This document shows positions 34,517 through 43,947 of a DNA stretch of 61,268 nucleotides, piece by piece. Under the pieces are notes generated by a model that made no database searches, was not told the origin of the DNA, and saw only the letters and a list, made by a program, of their open reading frames with translations. How positions within the stretch are numbered: the stretch's first letter is position 1; each line of letters begins with the position of its first letter. The DNA comes from a virus (Duplodnaviria > Caudoviricetes), in the IMG/VR virus record IMGVR_UViG_3300024323_000002, positions 1 through 61,268 of that record. The stretch is one strand, 5' to 3'. The position numbers were made by a program, and so were the translations under genes.

Positions 34517-34774
34517 CCGCGCAGCCTCGAGCGCCGCTTTGTCCGCTCTAGCGAGCTCCAAAGCCTCATCGGCCCCCGAGACATGCTGAGACAGCGACTG
34601 CGAGAGAACGTCGGCCAGAAGGGCACGCACGAGCTGTTCTGTGGGCAGGGTAGACGTCACAGCGCCTCGCAGCTGCTTCGTATGCACGATGAATGTAACG
34701 CCGAGGTCCGTGCCCTCGAGCAACCGATCGGTCAAATGCTTGAGCACGAGCGCGAGCTTGCCGGCGTCACTCAT
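34505..34774 (-). CDS. Hypothetical protein
   Basis: ORF track. Confidence 0.55.
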   Translation of the reverse strand: MSDAGKLALVLKHLTDRLLEGTDLGVTFIVHTKQLRGAVTSTLPTEQLVRALLADVLSQSLSQHVSGADEALELARADKAALEAARSAP

Positions 34775-35144
34775 CGCCCGACCCCAGCAGCAGAGTCATG
34801 TCTCGTGGCAGCGCCGGGTTAGCTAAGGCACGTTTGATCGCCGCCCACACGCGCTTGTGCCCGTCGATGGCCTCCTCAATGGTCGAGTAGCGCACCATGT
34901 AGCCCTCTGCCCATGGGTGCTCGCTCTTTCTGTCGAAAACCATCGTCTCGAAAATGAGGGGCGGACCTCGGCGGCTGTACTGATGGTTGAGGCAGAGCCA
35001 GACGGTCGAGCAGAAGATCCCGTCCTTCTCGTCAGCCATCACCCGGCGCATGTCCTGGTAGCCAGGCGACCGCATGAGTGCCAACCACTCGTCGCTCGTC
35101 AGCGGCTTGCCGTTTCGGTCGTAGTACATGCCGAAGTCGTCCAT
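34767..35144 (-). CDS. Hypothetical protein, paralog of 24300..24662
   Basis: YYDRNGKP..W..RRV...STVWLCLNHQY..GPPLIFETMVF...RYST.EEA..GH. Confidence 0.7.
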   Translation of the reverse strand: MDDFGMYYDRNGKPLTSDEWLALMRSPGYQDMRRVMADEKDGIFCSTVWLCLNHQYSRRGPPLIFETMVFDRKSEHPWAEGYMVRYSTIEEAIDGHKRVWAAIKRALANPALPRDMTLLLGSGDE

Positions 35145-35166
35145 GCCCCTATGCTACCCTACTCTG

Positions 35167-35400
35167 GTGCGCGACGACACTATCACGGCCAATTTGCGGG
35201 CCATTTCAGAGCAAATCAACGCGGCCATAAGGCATTTCGAAGACGACGACGGCAACGCCTATGCAAGGTATGTCGCATCGGTCTGCGCTTTACTCGTCTC
35301 GACCCTGCCCAGCGTCACTAGATACGATCTCTATGAGATGATGGACCTAGGCGTTGCGATAGCTAGGGAAATGCCAAAAGACAATCAGCTCGTGTGCTAA
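35167..35400 (+). CDS. Hypothetical protein
   Basis: GTG just after TGCTACCCT. Confidence 0.5.
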   Translation: MRDDTITANLRAISEQINAAIRHFEDDDGNAYARYVASVCALLVSTLPSVTRYDLYEMMDLGVAIAREMPKDNQLVC

Positions 35401-35412
35401 TCTTCTAGCTAG

Positions 35413-35913
35413 ATGGCTTCTAACAAGCTAGCGCTGTTGAAAGGCGGCAAGGGGATCTTGCCTCCTACCCCGAGGCAGATCGATTCGCTGCGGCTGCACC
35501 TCAAGAACGCGCTCTTTATCGAGATGGCGGCGGTTTTGAGCCAGATCAGCCCCAACGACTTGCTCGAGTGGTTCCGCCGCGCCCTCGCTGGCGACCCGGA
35601 CTTCACGCCGGTCTTAGACATGTACCTTGAGGAGACGGCTCTGCTCGCGAAGGCAGTCATGGCGCCGATCTTCAAGAAGGCCTTCGAAGACAAAGACATG
35701 GAGGCGCTCAAATTCATCTACAACAACCGGATCAAGCGCCACGAGTCACGATTCCTCGACAAACTCGAGCGGCAGGAAGACGAGCGTGCGGCGGCCCTGG
35801 CCGAAGGCGCTCACGGCTTCGCTCTGACGGCAGAGCAGGTCACGGAGGCGGAGAAACGGCAGTTGTCTCGTCGTCCGGGTGATCCACTGCTTCCCAAAGA
35901 CCGTCTCTCTTAG
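35413..35913 (+). CDS. Putative terminase small subunit
   Basis: HTH-like FIEMAAVLSQISPNDLLEWFRR followed by helical segments; upstream of TerL. Confidence 0.5.
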   Translation: MASNKLALLKGGKGILPPTPRQIDSLRLHLKNALFIEMAAVLSQISPNDLLEWFRRALAGDPDFTPVLDMYLEETALLAKAVMAPIFKKAFEDKDMEALKFIYNNRIKRHESRFLDKLERQEDERAAALAEGAHGFALTAEQVTEAEKRQLSRRPGDPLLPKDRLS

Positions 35914-36058
35914 TCTTTGAGCAATGAATCGCATTCATCATGCAGCTTACGTCCCAGCCCTTCTCTGACAGGCCGGGGCCGCCGTAGCGAGTGCTCGATG
36001 TCTTGCCGCAAGCTCCACATACCCAGATGCAGTCGGGTAGCGCTTTAGAATCAGCCAT
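35840..36058 (-). CDS. Small Cys-rich protein
   Basis: WVCGACGK...GWDVSCMMNA. Confidence 0.5.
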   Translation of the reverse strand: MADSKALPDCIWVCGACGKTSSTRYGGPGLSEKGWDVSCMMNAIHCSKTKRDGLWEAVDHPDDETTAVSPPP

Positions 36059-36074
36059 ACCCGCAAACTAACAA

Positions 36075-36560
36075 ATGCCAAAAGACACATCAACAGCCAC
36101 GCCCATTGAGGCGGGGAAAGTTTTCTCACATCCAGGCGTACCCGTGTTCGTGCTCGTGCCAGTCAACGAGAAGGACGCCGAAGCTTGTAAGCAAGCGCTA
36201 GCCGACGCGCACTTCAGCTTTATGGAAACGCCGCCAGAAGTGGTGAGCGAGATCAAGCCGCTTCTCCTGCGCCAGGACTCGATCATCTATGTCGTGCACC
36301 CGACTCGGGTGAGACGGCCAAACAAGGCTGGACGCTACGAGTTCCTCACCGAGCCGCATATCTCGGCGCCCTTCGACATGGCGTCCCTCGTGCAAGGCAA
36401 AAGCCGTGTGCAGCTCGACCTCAACGCGATTACCGGCGAACTCAGCAAAAGATGCAAGAACGACCCAAACGATCGAGGCGGAAGGTTCTTCCGAGCGCAG
36501 CTGTCGAGCATCGACAAGAAGGCGCCGAACGAGGCGATGATACGCCTGACAGATCTCTGA
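36075..36560 (+). CDS. Hypothetical protein
   Basis: ORF track. Confidence 0.65.
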   Translation: MPKDTSTATPIEAGKVFSHPGVPVFVLVPVNEKDAEACKQALADAHFSFMETPPEVVSEIKPLLLRQDSIIYVVHPTRVRRPNKAGRYEFLTEPHISAPFDMASLVQGKSRVQLDLNAITGELSKRCKNDPNDRGGRFFRAQLSSIDKKAPNEAMIRLTDL

Positions 36561-36727
36561 ACGAGTACCGGCGTCTGCGCCGACTCATGATCACGCTCCT
36601 AACAGAAGAGCTCAGCCGGCGCCCGGCAGTCGTCTCACTGGTTGACTGCAGACACTCATTGGCCCTCGCTAAGGAACTCTTAGAGCTAGAGCAGTCAGAG
36701 TTGTTAGACGCCGTGTTATAATACAGC

Positions 36728-38605
36728 GTGGCGCTACCTACGCGGCTATTCAACGGCGGCATCAAAGTCTATCAGGATCCACCTTGGGCTCCTGGTGCCT
36801 TCTCTACGCCGTTGCCGCCCTCGCCGACTGCTGGCTTCTCGCTGCACATCGACCCGGACACGGGCAAGATGACGGCCTCCGGGCCGCAGGGCGTGCAAAC
36901 GAGCGCAGGTCCGAGAGAGTGGGACGTGTCCTCGGATACGAGCCACTATACAGAGCCGGTCTATGATCTAAAGACGCTGATGGACTTCAGCCGCTATAAG
37001 GAGGGCACTCCTGAAGAGCGTCTGGCAGCTTGGCGCAAGGACATCGACGCCTACGTCAAGTCAAAGAAAGAAGACCTCCATGCGCGTCTGTTCACGGCCA
37101 GCGACGACCTAGCCCGCCTCAAGCCTATCTACGAGCAGCAGGCGGCGATGAATGCCGAGGATCATAAGAATTATGATGCCTTCATCAAGTCGACGATAGC
37201 TGCGCGGCTGAATGCGGCGCACGGCGACCCCACGCTGATGTCGGGGGCAGACCCCGCGAGCGTGATGAAGGAGTTCCCGTTTGACTCGTGGGCGCGTGTG
37301 CCTGACGCAAGCCTCGCTCGGCTGGGACAGGACATTGCCACCACCCAGACGAACTTCGATACTTGGTTCAAGACATACAAAGATGACGAGGGGGCTATCG
37401 ATGACGGTCTGTATGACATCGTCGATAACTATACTTCCGAGCTCGGCACTTATCGCGAATGGGAAAAGAAGTACACTGGCGCCCAGAGCGGCAACTCGAT
37501 CGCCGAGCAGAACTACAAGAAGGATGTCGAGAAGTACACTCAGCTCGCTGGTGAATGGCAGAAGTACGCGGACGCAGACGCACAATGGAAAGCACAAAAG
37601 GCCCAGTTAGATGCCGATATTGCGGCGGGGAAATTCAGGGTTCAGAACGCCTGGAAGGCGATTCTGTCTGGCAAGCTGACTCCGGCGCAGCAACAGCAGC
37701 TGATGGCCCAGCTCGAGGCCGGCGAGTACAACCCAAACATCGGCGTGCCAGATCTACCGCCCCCACCGGTGGCGCCAATCGAGCCGATGCCGAAGGAACC
37801 GCCGGTACCACCGGCGCAGGCGGACCTACCGCCGCTGAGCATCGATCCAAGCGTGGCAGCCGCGCTGGGCATACCAGCGACGCACGCGGGTGGCACACCG
37901 ACTGCGATCAGTGCGGCTACAGCAATAACCCCCGTGGCCGGCGCAGTCGCCCCACCCCCGGCAGCTTCGGCGACGCCATGGTCAGCTCCGACCTCGACGG
38001 TAGCGACACCTCCAGCGACATCTTCGACCGGAGCGAGCGGGTCTACGCCACCAGCGGCGACTGGCTCGACGCAGACGACTCCGACTGGCTCGACCCCCGC
38101 ACCGACGCCCCAGACGACGACGCCACCGGCCCCACTCGCTAAGAGCGAGGTGCCGCCGCCAGCGGCTGCGCCGAGTGAGACGGCTACGCCCCCAGCTGCC
38201 GACCCAAACGCAACGCCCCCAGCAGAAGAGACGCCACCGCCCGCAGGCACAGGCTCCGAGTCGACTGGAACTGCCGATGCGAAGCCCAAGGCACCCACGC
38301 AGCAGGAGATAGGGTCAGGGGTCAACACGAACCCGCAAGGCTCGACGACGCAGACGCTCGATCAAGCCACGCCGGGCCAGGCCCCCGCCGCGCCGCAAAC
38401 GACTCCCTCGGCTCTCTCGAGCCTCACGTCGGGCGCGGCCATCGAGAGCCAGACGCAAGACACTGGGCAGACGGATGGGACCGCCGGCCAAGATAAAACG
38501 ACCGACGACAAGAAACCACAGACAACTCCGGCAACGATCTTAGCGCCGTTCGAAAAGCAGAAGGACATCGATAAGACGCCAGACCAACAGGACGCTTGGG
38601 CATGA
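36728..38605 (+). CDS. Large protein: coiled-coil N-half, Pro/Thr/Ala-rich disordered C-half (probable virion protein)
   Basis: GTG 6 nt after TGTTATAAT; composition. Confidence 0.75.
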   Translation: MALPTRLFNGGIKVYQDPPWAPGAFSTPLPPSPTAGFSLHIDPDTGKMTASGPQGVQTSAGPREWDVSSDTSHYTEPVYDLKTLMDFSRYKEGTPEERLAAWRKDIDAYVKSKKEDLHARLFTASDDLARLKPIYEQQAAMNAEDHKNYDAFIKSTIAARLNAAHGDPTLMSGADPASVMKEFPFDSWARVPDASLARLGQDIATTQTNFDTWFKTYKDDEGAIDDGLYDIVDNYTSELGTYREWEKKYTGAQSGNSIAEQNYKKDVEKYTQLAGEWQKYADADAQWKAQKAQLDADIAAGKFRVQNAWKAILSGKLTPAQQQQLMAQLEAGEYNPNIGVPDLPPPPVAPIEPMPKEPPVPPAQADLPPLSIDPSVAAALGIPATHAGGTPTAISAATAITPVAGAVAPPPAASATPWSAPTSTVATPPATSSTGASGSTPPAATGSTQTTPTGSTPAPTPQTTTPPAPLAKSEVPPPAAAPSETATPPAADPNATPPAEETPPPAGTGSESTGTADAKPKAPTQQEIGSGVNTNPQGSTTQTLDQATPGQAPAAPQTTPSALSSLTSGAAIESQTQDTGQTDGTAGQDKTTDDKKPQTTPATILAPFEKQKDIDKTPDQQDAWA

Positions 38606-39456
38606 GTGCATTAGATGACCTATTAGAAGGTGTGAAGCGTAAGGCGAGTCTCGGTGACTTCGGCGAGAGCGCAGCTGACTATCTCGGCGGCGATAAGAAC
38701 ACCTTCGGCCGCAAAGACGCGTTCGACGGCACGCCAGCCCATTACGTCGACAGCGACAAAGAAGGCAACACCTACGCCGGCAAGACAGTTGGTCAGTCAG
38801 CCTCGCGCGATCCCTATGAGGAGGCGAAGAAAGACTCCCCAGTCGCCACGGGCATAGGCGACATGCTCGGCAGCGCCGTAGCTGAGATCCCGGCCTTTGC
38901 CGCTACACAAGGCATGTCAGTGCCAGCGCGGCTCATGCGCAACTTCGCCGTGCCAGCCGTCGAGCACTTTATCAGCGACGAGCAAGGCACGCTCGGCGAC
39001 AAGTTCAAGGGCACGGCTAACTGGATCAAAGAGCACCCTGGCCAGCAAGCCATAAACACGCTCCTGCCCGAGGCCCTGCCGCACGTGATCAAGGGCATCA
39101 AGGCGAACGTCGGCAAGCTGTTGGGGCGTACGCCCGGCGAAGCTCCAACCGGTGGCGCGAAGATGGACCCCGGCGAGATGGACGACATCATGCGAGACAT
39201 TGCCGAATATGAAGCCACGCACGGTGAGCAGACGACTCCCGAGGCGAAGGCGAAACTCGTGCGCGCGATCATGCAGCGACGGCGCCCAGACCTCGTTCCG
39301 GTCGGCGAGCCGCTGTCAAAAGAGGCACCCGCTAACACTAACGCAACTACCGTTGTAAATGACAACGCGCAGGTGCGAGGGAAGCCACGCTTTCGTGGTC
39401 GCGTCGAGCCATCGGCCGACGAAGACAAGAACCTTCTCGACGAGGACGACCAATGA
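38602..39456 (+). CDS. Hypothetical (ejection/internal-type) protein
   Basis: ATGA-coupled. Confidence 0.7.
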   Translation: MSALDDLLEGVKRKASLGDFGESAADYLGGDKNTFGRKDAFDGTPAHYVDSDKEGNTYAGKTVGQSASRDPYEEAKKDSPVATGIGDMLGSAVAEIPAFAATQGMSVPARLMRNFAVPAVEHFISDEQGTLGDKFKGTANWIKEHPGQQAINTLLPEALPHVIKGIKANVGKLLGRTPGEAPTGGAKMDPGEMDDIMRDIAEYEATHGEQTTPEAKAKLVRAIMQRRRPDLVPVGEPLSKEAPANTNATTVVNDNAQVRGKPRFRGRVEPSADEDKNLLDEDDQ

Positions 39457-39620
39457 TCCGCCCTGACCTGATGAAGCTGCTGATGGAGGCGCTGCAGCTC
39501 GGCCCTGGCAAGAAGTCCACGCCCGAGCAGCGCCGTGAATACGAGCTCGAGATCGGGCCTGTAGAAGTCGAACGCAAAGACGACGACGAAGACGACGACA
39601 ACAAGGACCTAATTTCCTGA
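39453..39620 (+). CDS. Small acidic protein (55 aa, not in ORF track)
   Basis: MIRPDLMKLL...KDDDEDDDNKDLIS, coupled at both ends. Confidence 0.6.
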   Translation: MIRPDLMKLLMEALQLGPGKKSTPEQRREYELEIGPVEVERKDDDEDDDNKDLIS

Positions 39621-40186
39621 TGTCCGCACCTTACGAAGATATCAACTATCTAGACATCATAAAGAAGCTCAAGGGCTACTTTACCAAGCCTGAAGGCTCT
39701 GTCGAGATAGGTAAGCCAGAAGTGCTCAAGTATGGCGCCACGGAAGCGCCTACCATCGACCTGGCCAACCGGCCCGAGCATCGCATGCCAGATGGTAGCA
39801 CTGCGACAGTGCGGTCGATGGGAGTCGAGTCAGACGGCAAGCACGTGCTGCTACCGACCATCAGCAAAGAAGGCAAGCTCTGGTCAGACGACGAGGCCTT
39901 CAATAACTACCAAAAGACTAATGAGCATATGGGTGTCTATCCCGACGATGAAACGTCGGACAGAGCCGGCGAGAAGATCCACGAGGATCAGGCCAAGATG
40001 CTCGAAGACAAGCGCAACAACCGGTTCATGGACAACTACAACTGGCTGATGAATGACTCGCGCAAGCGTCTCGGTGGCGCTGCAAAGCCCGAGGATATCC
40101 AGAAGGACATGAACCAGCGCGAGGATGTGAGGCTCCTGCTAGGCAGGACGCCAGAAGACGTTGATGACACAAACCGGACTGAGTGA
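39620..40186 (+). CDS. Hypothetical protein
   Basis: IDLANRP...DGSTATVRSM...VLLPTI...SDDEA..Y.KT.EHMG. Confidence 0.7.
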   Translation: MSAPYEDINYLDIIKKLKGYFTKPEGSVEIGKPEVLKYGATEAPTIDLANRPEHRMPDGSTATVRSMGVESDGKHVLLPTISKEGKLWSDDEAFNNYQKTNEHMGVYPDDETSDRAGEKIHEDQAKMLEDKRNNRFMDNYNWLMNDSRKRLGGAAKPEDIQKDMNQREDVRLLLGRTPEDVDDTNRTE

Positions 40187-41693
40187 CGCATCGCTACTTT
40201 GGCGTGCAGGCAGAATCCGTTACAAGCTCCACCCCGGCCAACTCGAACTCTACGAGAAATATAGGGCCTGGGAGCTAGCGACGTATGAAGCCCGCCTGCG
40301 CGGCGACGTTGTGCATGGCGACTGCGACTGGCCGCGCGTGTATGTCGCGAACTGCGCCAGACGCTTCGGCAAAGACTTTCTGGGGCTCTTGATTCGCATT
40401 GAAGACGCTCTGCGCAAGCCGAAGCAGATCCTAACATATGCGACGGCGCTGCAAAAGGACATTGCGTCGATTGTCATGCCGCTCATGGAGCAGATCTGCG
40501 ACGACTGCCCCAGCTCGCTTCAGCCCTACTACCGCCAGTCTTACCAGGGAGTCGAGTCAGGCTTCTACTTTCAAAACGGCTCTGTGCTGCGCCTCATCGG
40601 CCTCGACAGCAATCCAGACGGTCTGCGCGGTCGCTGGTCAAACGGCGTGACCATCTCCGAGGCCTGCTACGTCGACAAGCTCAAGTACGTCGTGCAGTCG
40701 ATCATCATGCCTCAGTTTCAGGGGCATCTCGACGCCACGCTGATGATGAACTCGACCCCTGCGCGCGATCCGGGGCATCCCTACAAAACCGAGTTCGTTC
40801 CAGATGCCATCAAGCGAGACGCCTATTCGAAGTACACAATCTTCGATAACCCTCGCATCACCAAGGCAGAGCGAGACGAGCAGATCCGAGCCCTCGGCGG
40901 CATCGAGTCTGAGGAGTGCCGGCGCGAGTGCCTCTGCGAAGATGTCCGCAGCGAGTCACTGACTGTCTTGCCCGAGTTCAACATCGGCGTGCACGTCGTC
41001 GAGCAGACCCCGCCGCCCTACGCGCTCGGCTACACGGTCGTAGACCCTGGCACCCGCGACCTCTGCGCCGTCATAGCCTGCTACTACGACTTTGCGCGCG
41101 CCAAGATGGTTGTCACGCACGACTGGGCTCAGCGCGGCGCCCCCACGAACCTCGTGGCGCGGGCTATTCGAGACGTCGAGGCGGAGGCCTTCAAGGATCT
41201 GACCTATTGGAACGATAAGATGTTCAAGAAGAACCCCGTCTATCGCTACAGCGACATCGACGCGCGCATGATCTTGGACCTCAATGTGCAGCACAAGATC
41301 AAGATCGGCGCGGCGGACAAAGACGGCGCCGAAGCCGCCCTCAATCAGCTGCGCAACGCGTTCCAAAACCAGCGTATCGAGATAAATCCGCGCTGCAGGC
41401 AGACGGTTCAGCAGTGCGAGCAGCTGATCTGGAACAAATCACGAACGTCTTACGAGCGTAGTGACGCTTTGGGCCATGGCGACTTGGTCGACTGCCTGAA
41501 ATACGCGTGGAGGCACATCAATCGGCAGCAGTCACCCATGCCGCCCTACGGAATTGTGCTGTCTCGCGAGGTCCCGCTCGAGGACATCTTCCTTCACAAA
41601 GGCGATCTGCGCTCTCCGAGCCGCATGACCAAGGCCGCCAACGACATTATGCCTCGCGGCGTCAGCACGCGCGGGCGGAGATCCCATGTTTGA
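40161..41693 (+). CDS. terL: Terminase large subunit
   Basis: LHPGQ, ARRFGKD (Walker A), GLRG, STP, DNPRI, RNase H domain VDPG, GHGDLVDCLKY. Confidence 0.9.
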   Translation: MMTQTGLSDASLLWRAGRIRYKLHPGQLELYEKYRAWELATYEARLRGDVVHGDCDWPRVYVANCARRFGKDFLGLLIRIEDALRKPKQILTYATALQKDIASIVMPLMEQICDDCPSSLQPYYRQSYQGVESGFYFQNGSVLRLIGLDSNPDGLRGRWSNGVTISEACYVDKLKYVVQSIIMPQFQGHLDATLMMNSTPARDPGHPYKTEFVPDAIKRDAYSKYTIFDNPRITKAERDEQIRALGGIESEECRRECLCEDVRSESLTVLPEFNIGVHVVEQTPPPYALGYTVVDPGTRDLCAVIACYYDFARAKMVVTHDWAQRGAPTNLVARAIRDVEAEAFKDLTYWNDKMFKKNPVYRYSDIDARMILDLNVQHKIKIGAADKDGAEAALNQLRNAFQNQRIEINPRCRQTVQQCEQLIWNKSRTSYERSDALGHGDLVDCLKYAWRHINRQQSPMPPYGIVLSREVPLEDIFLHKGDLRSPSRMTKAANDIMPRGVSTRGRRSHV

Positions 41694-43917
41694 GCCGCAA
41701 GACAAGCACGTAGCTAACGATAACGAGCCCAAAGAGCGCGAAACCTCGACAAAAGAAGAGGCGTTACGGCTCATCGATGAATATTGGGCAAATGAACAGG
41801 ACCCAGACGAGCTCTGGTCGTGCCTTTCGGACAAAGAGGTCGAGTTCTACAGCGCGCTCGAGCGGCGGAACATGTTCAACATGTACCGCTTCAGCTTTTC
41901 GCACTATTTCGGCCTGCACGGAGCCTCGGGCGCCTCGAGCCGTTGGGCGACGCAGTCGATCCAGTTCTGCGGCGAGGACAACGAGCTCATAGACTTCTCG
42001 CTGAATGAATATCGATCGTTTTGCGACCAGATATTCAACATGCAGACGAAGAACAGGCCGTCTTTCGAGGCGCAGGCACTCAATACTGACTACAGGTCGC
42101 TAGCTCAGGTGCAGTCATGCGACACGATGGTCAAGTATTACTTCGAAGAGGTCTACGGCGAGCGCAAAGAGAAAGAAGTCGTCAAGATAGAAGGTCTCTA
42201 CGGCAAGGCCTACACGCATCTCGAGTGGGACGCGGACGGCGGCCCTACGATCCAGTTCGAAGAGGAGATTCCGTCTGACCGAGGCCCCATTCCGGTCAAG
42301 AAGCGCGGGAAAAGAGGCGTTTTGCGTCTCGCCAGGGTCTTCCCTTGGGAAGTCGTCTGCGAGCCCTATCGATCCGAGCTCGACGACCACATGTGGCGCA
42401 TGGTCATCGGCGCGAAGCGCACAAAAGTCGAGATGATCGCGCGCTACCCGCTTTTCGCGACGCAAATCGACGAGTCAGACTACGTTGCCAACGTTTACGA
42501 GTACCAGTTCCCCGGCGCTGACCCCTTGGCGAAGGAACCCGAGGGAACGTGCGGCTATCGCATCTTTTATCACGCCGTAACGGCCGCTATGCCCGAGGGA
42601 CGGCGCGCAATCTTCGTGAACAACGTCATGGTCGATGATGGCCCGCTGCCCATCGACGAGATCCCGGTTTACCCGCTTTGCACGAGCGAGCTCCACGGCA
42701 CCAGCTTCGGCATCTCGGCTCTCTGGAACATGCTGCCTGCCGAGCAGATGAGCAACCAGGTGCTTTCCGATATGGCCACGAATATCGAGGCTTTTGGTCG
42801 CCCGCCCCTGGCACTGGTCGAAGGCAGCGACATCGACCTCGACAGTTTGGCGAACGGGCAGAAGGTCATCTTCATCCCGCCGAACACCGAGCCACCGAAG
42901 CCGATTCAGTTTCCGCACTTGCCCGAATACACCTTCAAAGTGCTCGATTTGCTCAAGTCGGCGAAGCAGTCGATCAGTGGCTTGAACGCTATCGCCCGCG
43001 GCGATACCTCGACGAACATCACATCTGGCGCACACGCAGCGCTCTACAGCCAGATCGCCGTCGAGGCCCAGTCGGACGAAGCGCTGAACCTCGACCTGCA
43101 CCGAGAGTCTGTGGCTAACGGCATGGTGAGCTTTCTGAAGTACCACGCCAAGCATCCGCAGCTCGTGGCTATCGTGGGAGTCGACGAGCGCGCCTACCTC
43201 GAAGAGTTCACTGAAAAGGACTGGACCGGCATCGCGCGCGTTCGCATCAAGACAGCGAACCCTGCTCTCAAGACGTCTGCCGGCAAGATGCAACTCGCCG
43301 AATTGCTGCGCCAGTGGCCAGGGATGCCCATCAAGGATCCGCAGCAGATAATCGAGCTCGTTGTGTCAGGTCAGTTCAAGCCTGCCTACCAGCCGACTCG
43401 CTCGGCAGAGCTCAGGATCCGTCGCGAGAACGAGAAGCTGCTCAAGGCCCCGCCCACGCAGCAGAAGCCGGGCAAGCCCGGACCTGACGGGCAACCGGGA
43501 CCGATGATGCAGACGGTGCCCAGCTGCAAGGTGCTCATGACCGACAACGTCACGAGCCACCTGTTCGGCCACCTCGAAGTGCTCACGAGCCCCGCCGCCG
43601 AGAAGGACCCCAGGATCATGGAGGCGACTCTGGCGCACATGCTCGAGCACGTCGACATCGCGCGTAACGGCGATCCCTACCTCGCCGGCGTGCTCGGCAA
43701 CCCTCCGCCGCAGCAGCCAGGCGGAGTCGGCCCAGGCGGACCCCCAGGCGGACAGAACGGCGCCACGGGCAGCCAGCCCTCTGACAAGACGCAGGGCCAG
43801 GCGCAGAAGGTCTTGGGGCCAGGCCCCGGCGCCGACAACACAGATGACTCAATGGGTGGCTCTATCCCTAAGCCGGCTAAGCCAGCGCAGCCCCCACCGA
43901 CTGCAAACGCAGCCTAA
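41686..43917 (+). CDS. Portal protein
   Basis: Follows TerL; 743 aa; RP.FE, G.AY...WD, SGAH, Pro/Gln-rich tail typical of podovirus-type portals. Confidence 0.85.
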   Translation: MFEPQDKHVANDNEPKERETSTKEEALRLIDEYWANEQDPDELWSCLSDKEVEFYSALERRNMFNMYRFSFSHYFGLHGASGASSRWATQSIQFCGEDNELIDFSLNEYRSFCDQIFNMQTKNRPSFEAQALNTDYRSLAQVQSCDTMVKYYFEEVYGERKEKEVVKIEGLYGKAYTHLEWDADGGPTIQFEEEIPSDRGPIPVKKRGKRGVLRLARVFPWEVVCEPYRSELDDHMWRMVIGAKRTKVEMIARYPLFATQIDESDYVANVYEYQFPGADPLAKEPEGTCGYRIFYHAVTAAMPEGRRAIFVNNVMVDDGPLPIDEIPVYPLCTSELHGTSFGISALWNMLPAEQMSNQVLSDMATNIEAFGRPPLALVEGSDIDLDSLANGQKVIFIPPNTEPPKPIQFPHLPEYTFKVLDLLKSAKQSISGLNAIARGDTSTNITSGAHAALYSQIAVEAQSDEALNLDLHRESVANGMVSFLKYHAKHPQLVAIVGVDERAYLEEFTEKDWTGIARVRIKTANPALKTSAGKMQLAELLRQWPGMPIKDPQQIIELVVSGQFKPAYQPTRSAELRIRRENEKLLKAPPTQQKPGKPGPDGQPGPMMQTVPSCKVLMTDNVTSHLFGHLEVLTSPAAEKDPRIMEATLAHMLEHVDIARNGDPYLAGVLGNPPPQQPGGVGPGGPPGGQNGATGSQPSDKTQGQAQKVLGPGPGADNTDDSMGGSIPKPAKPAQPPPTANAA

Positions 43918-43947
43918 CCACATCACCAACAATCGAAACAGGACAAC

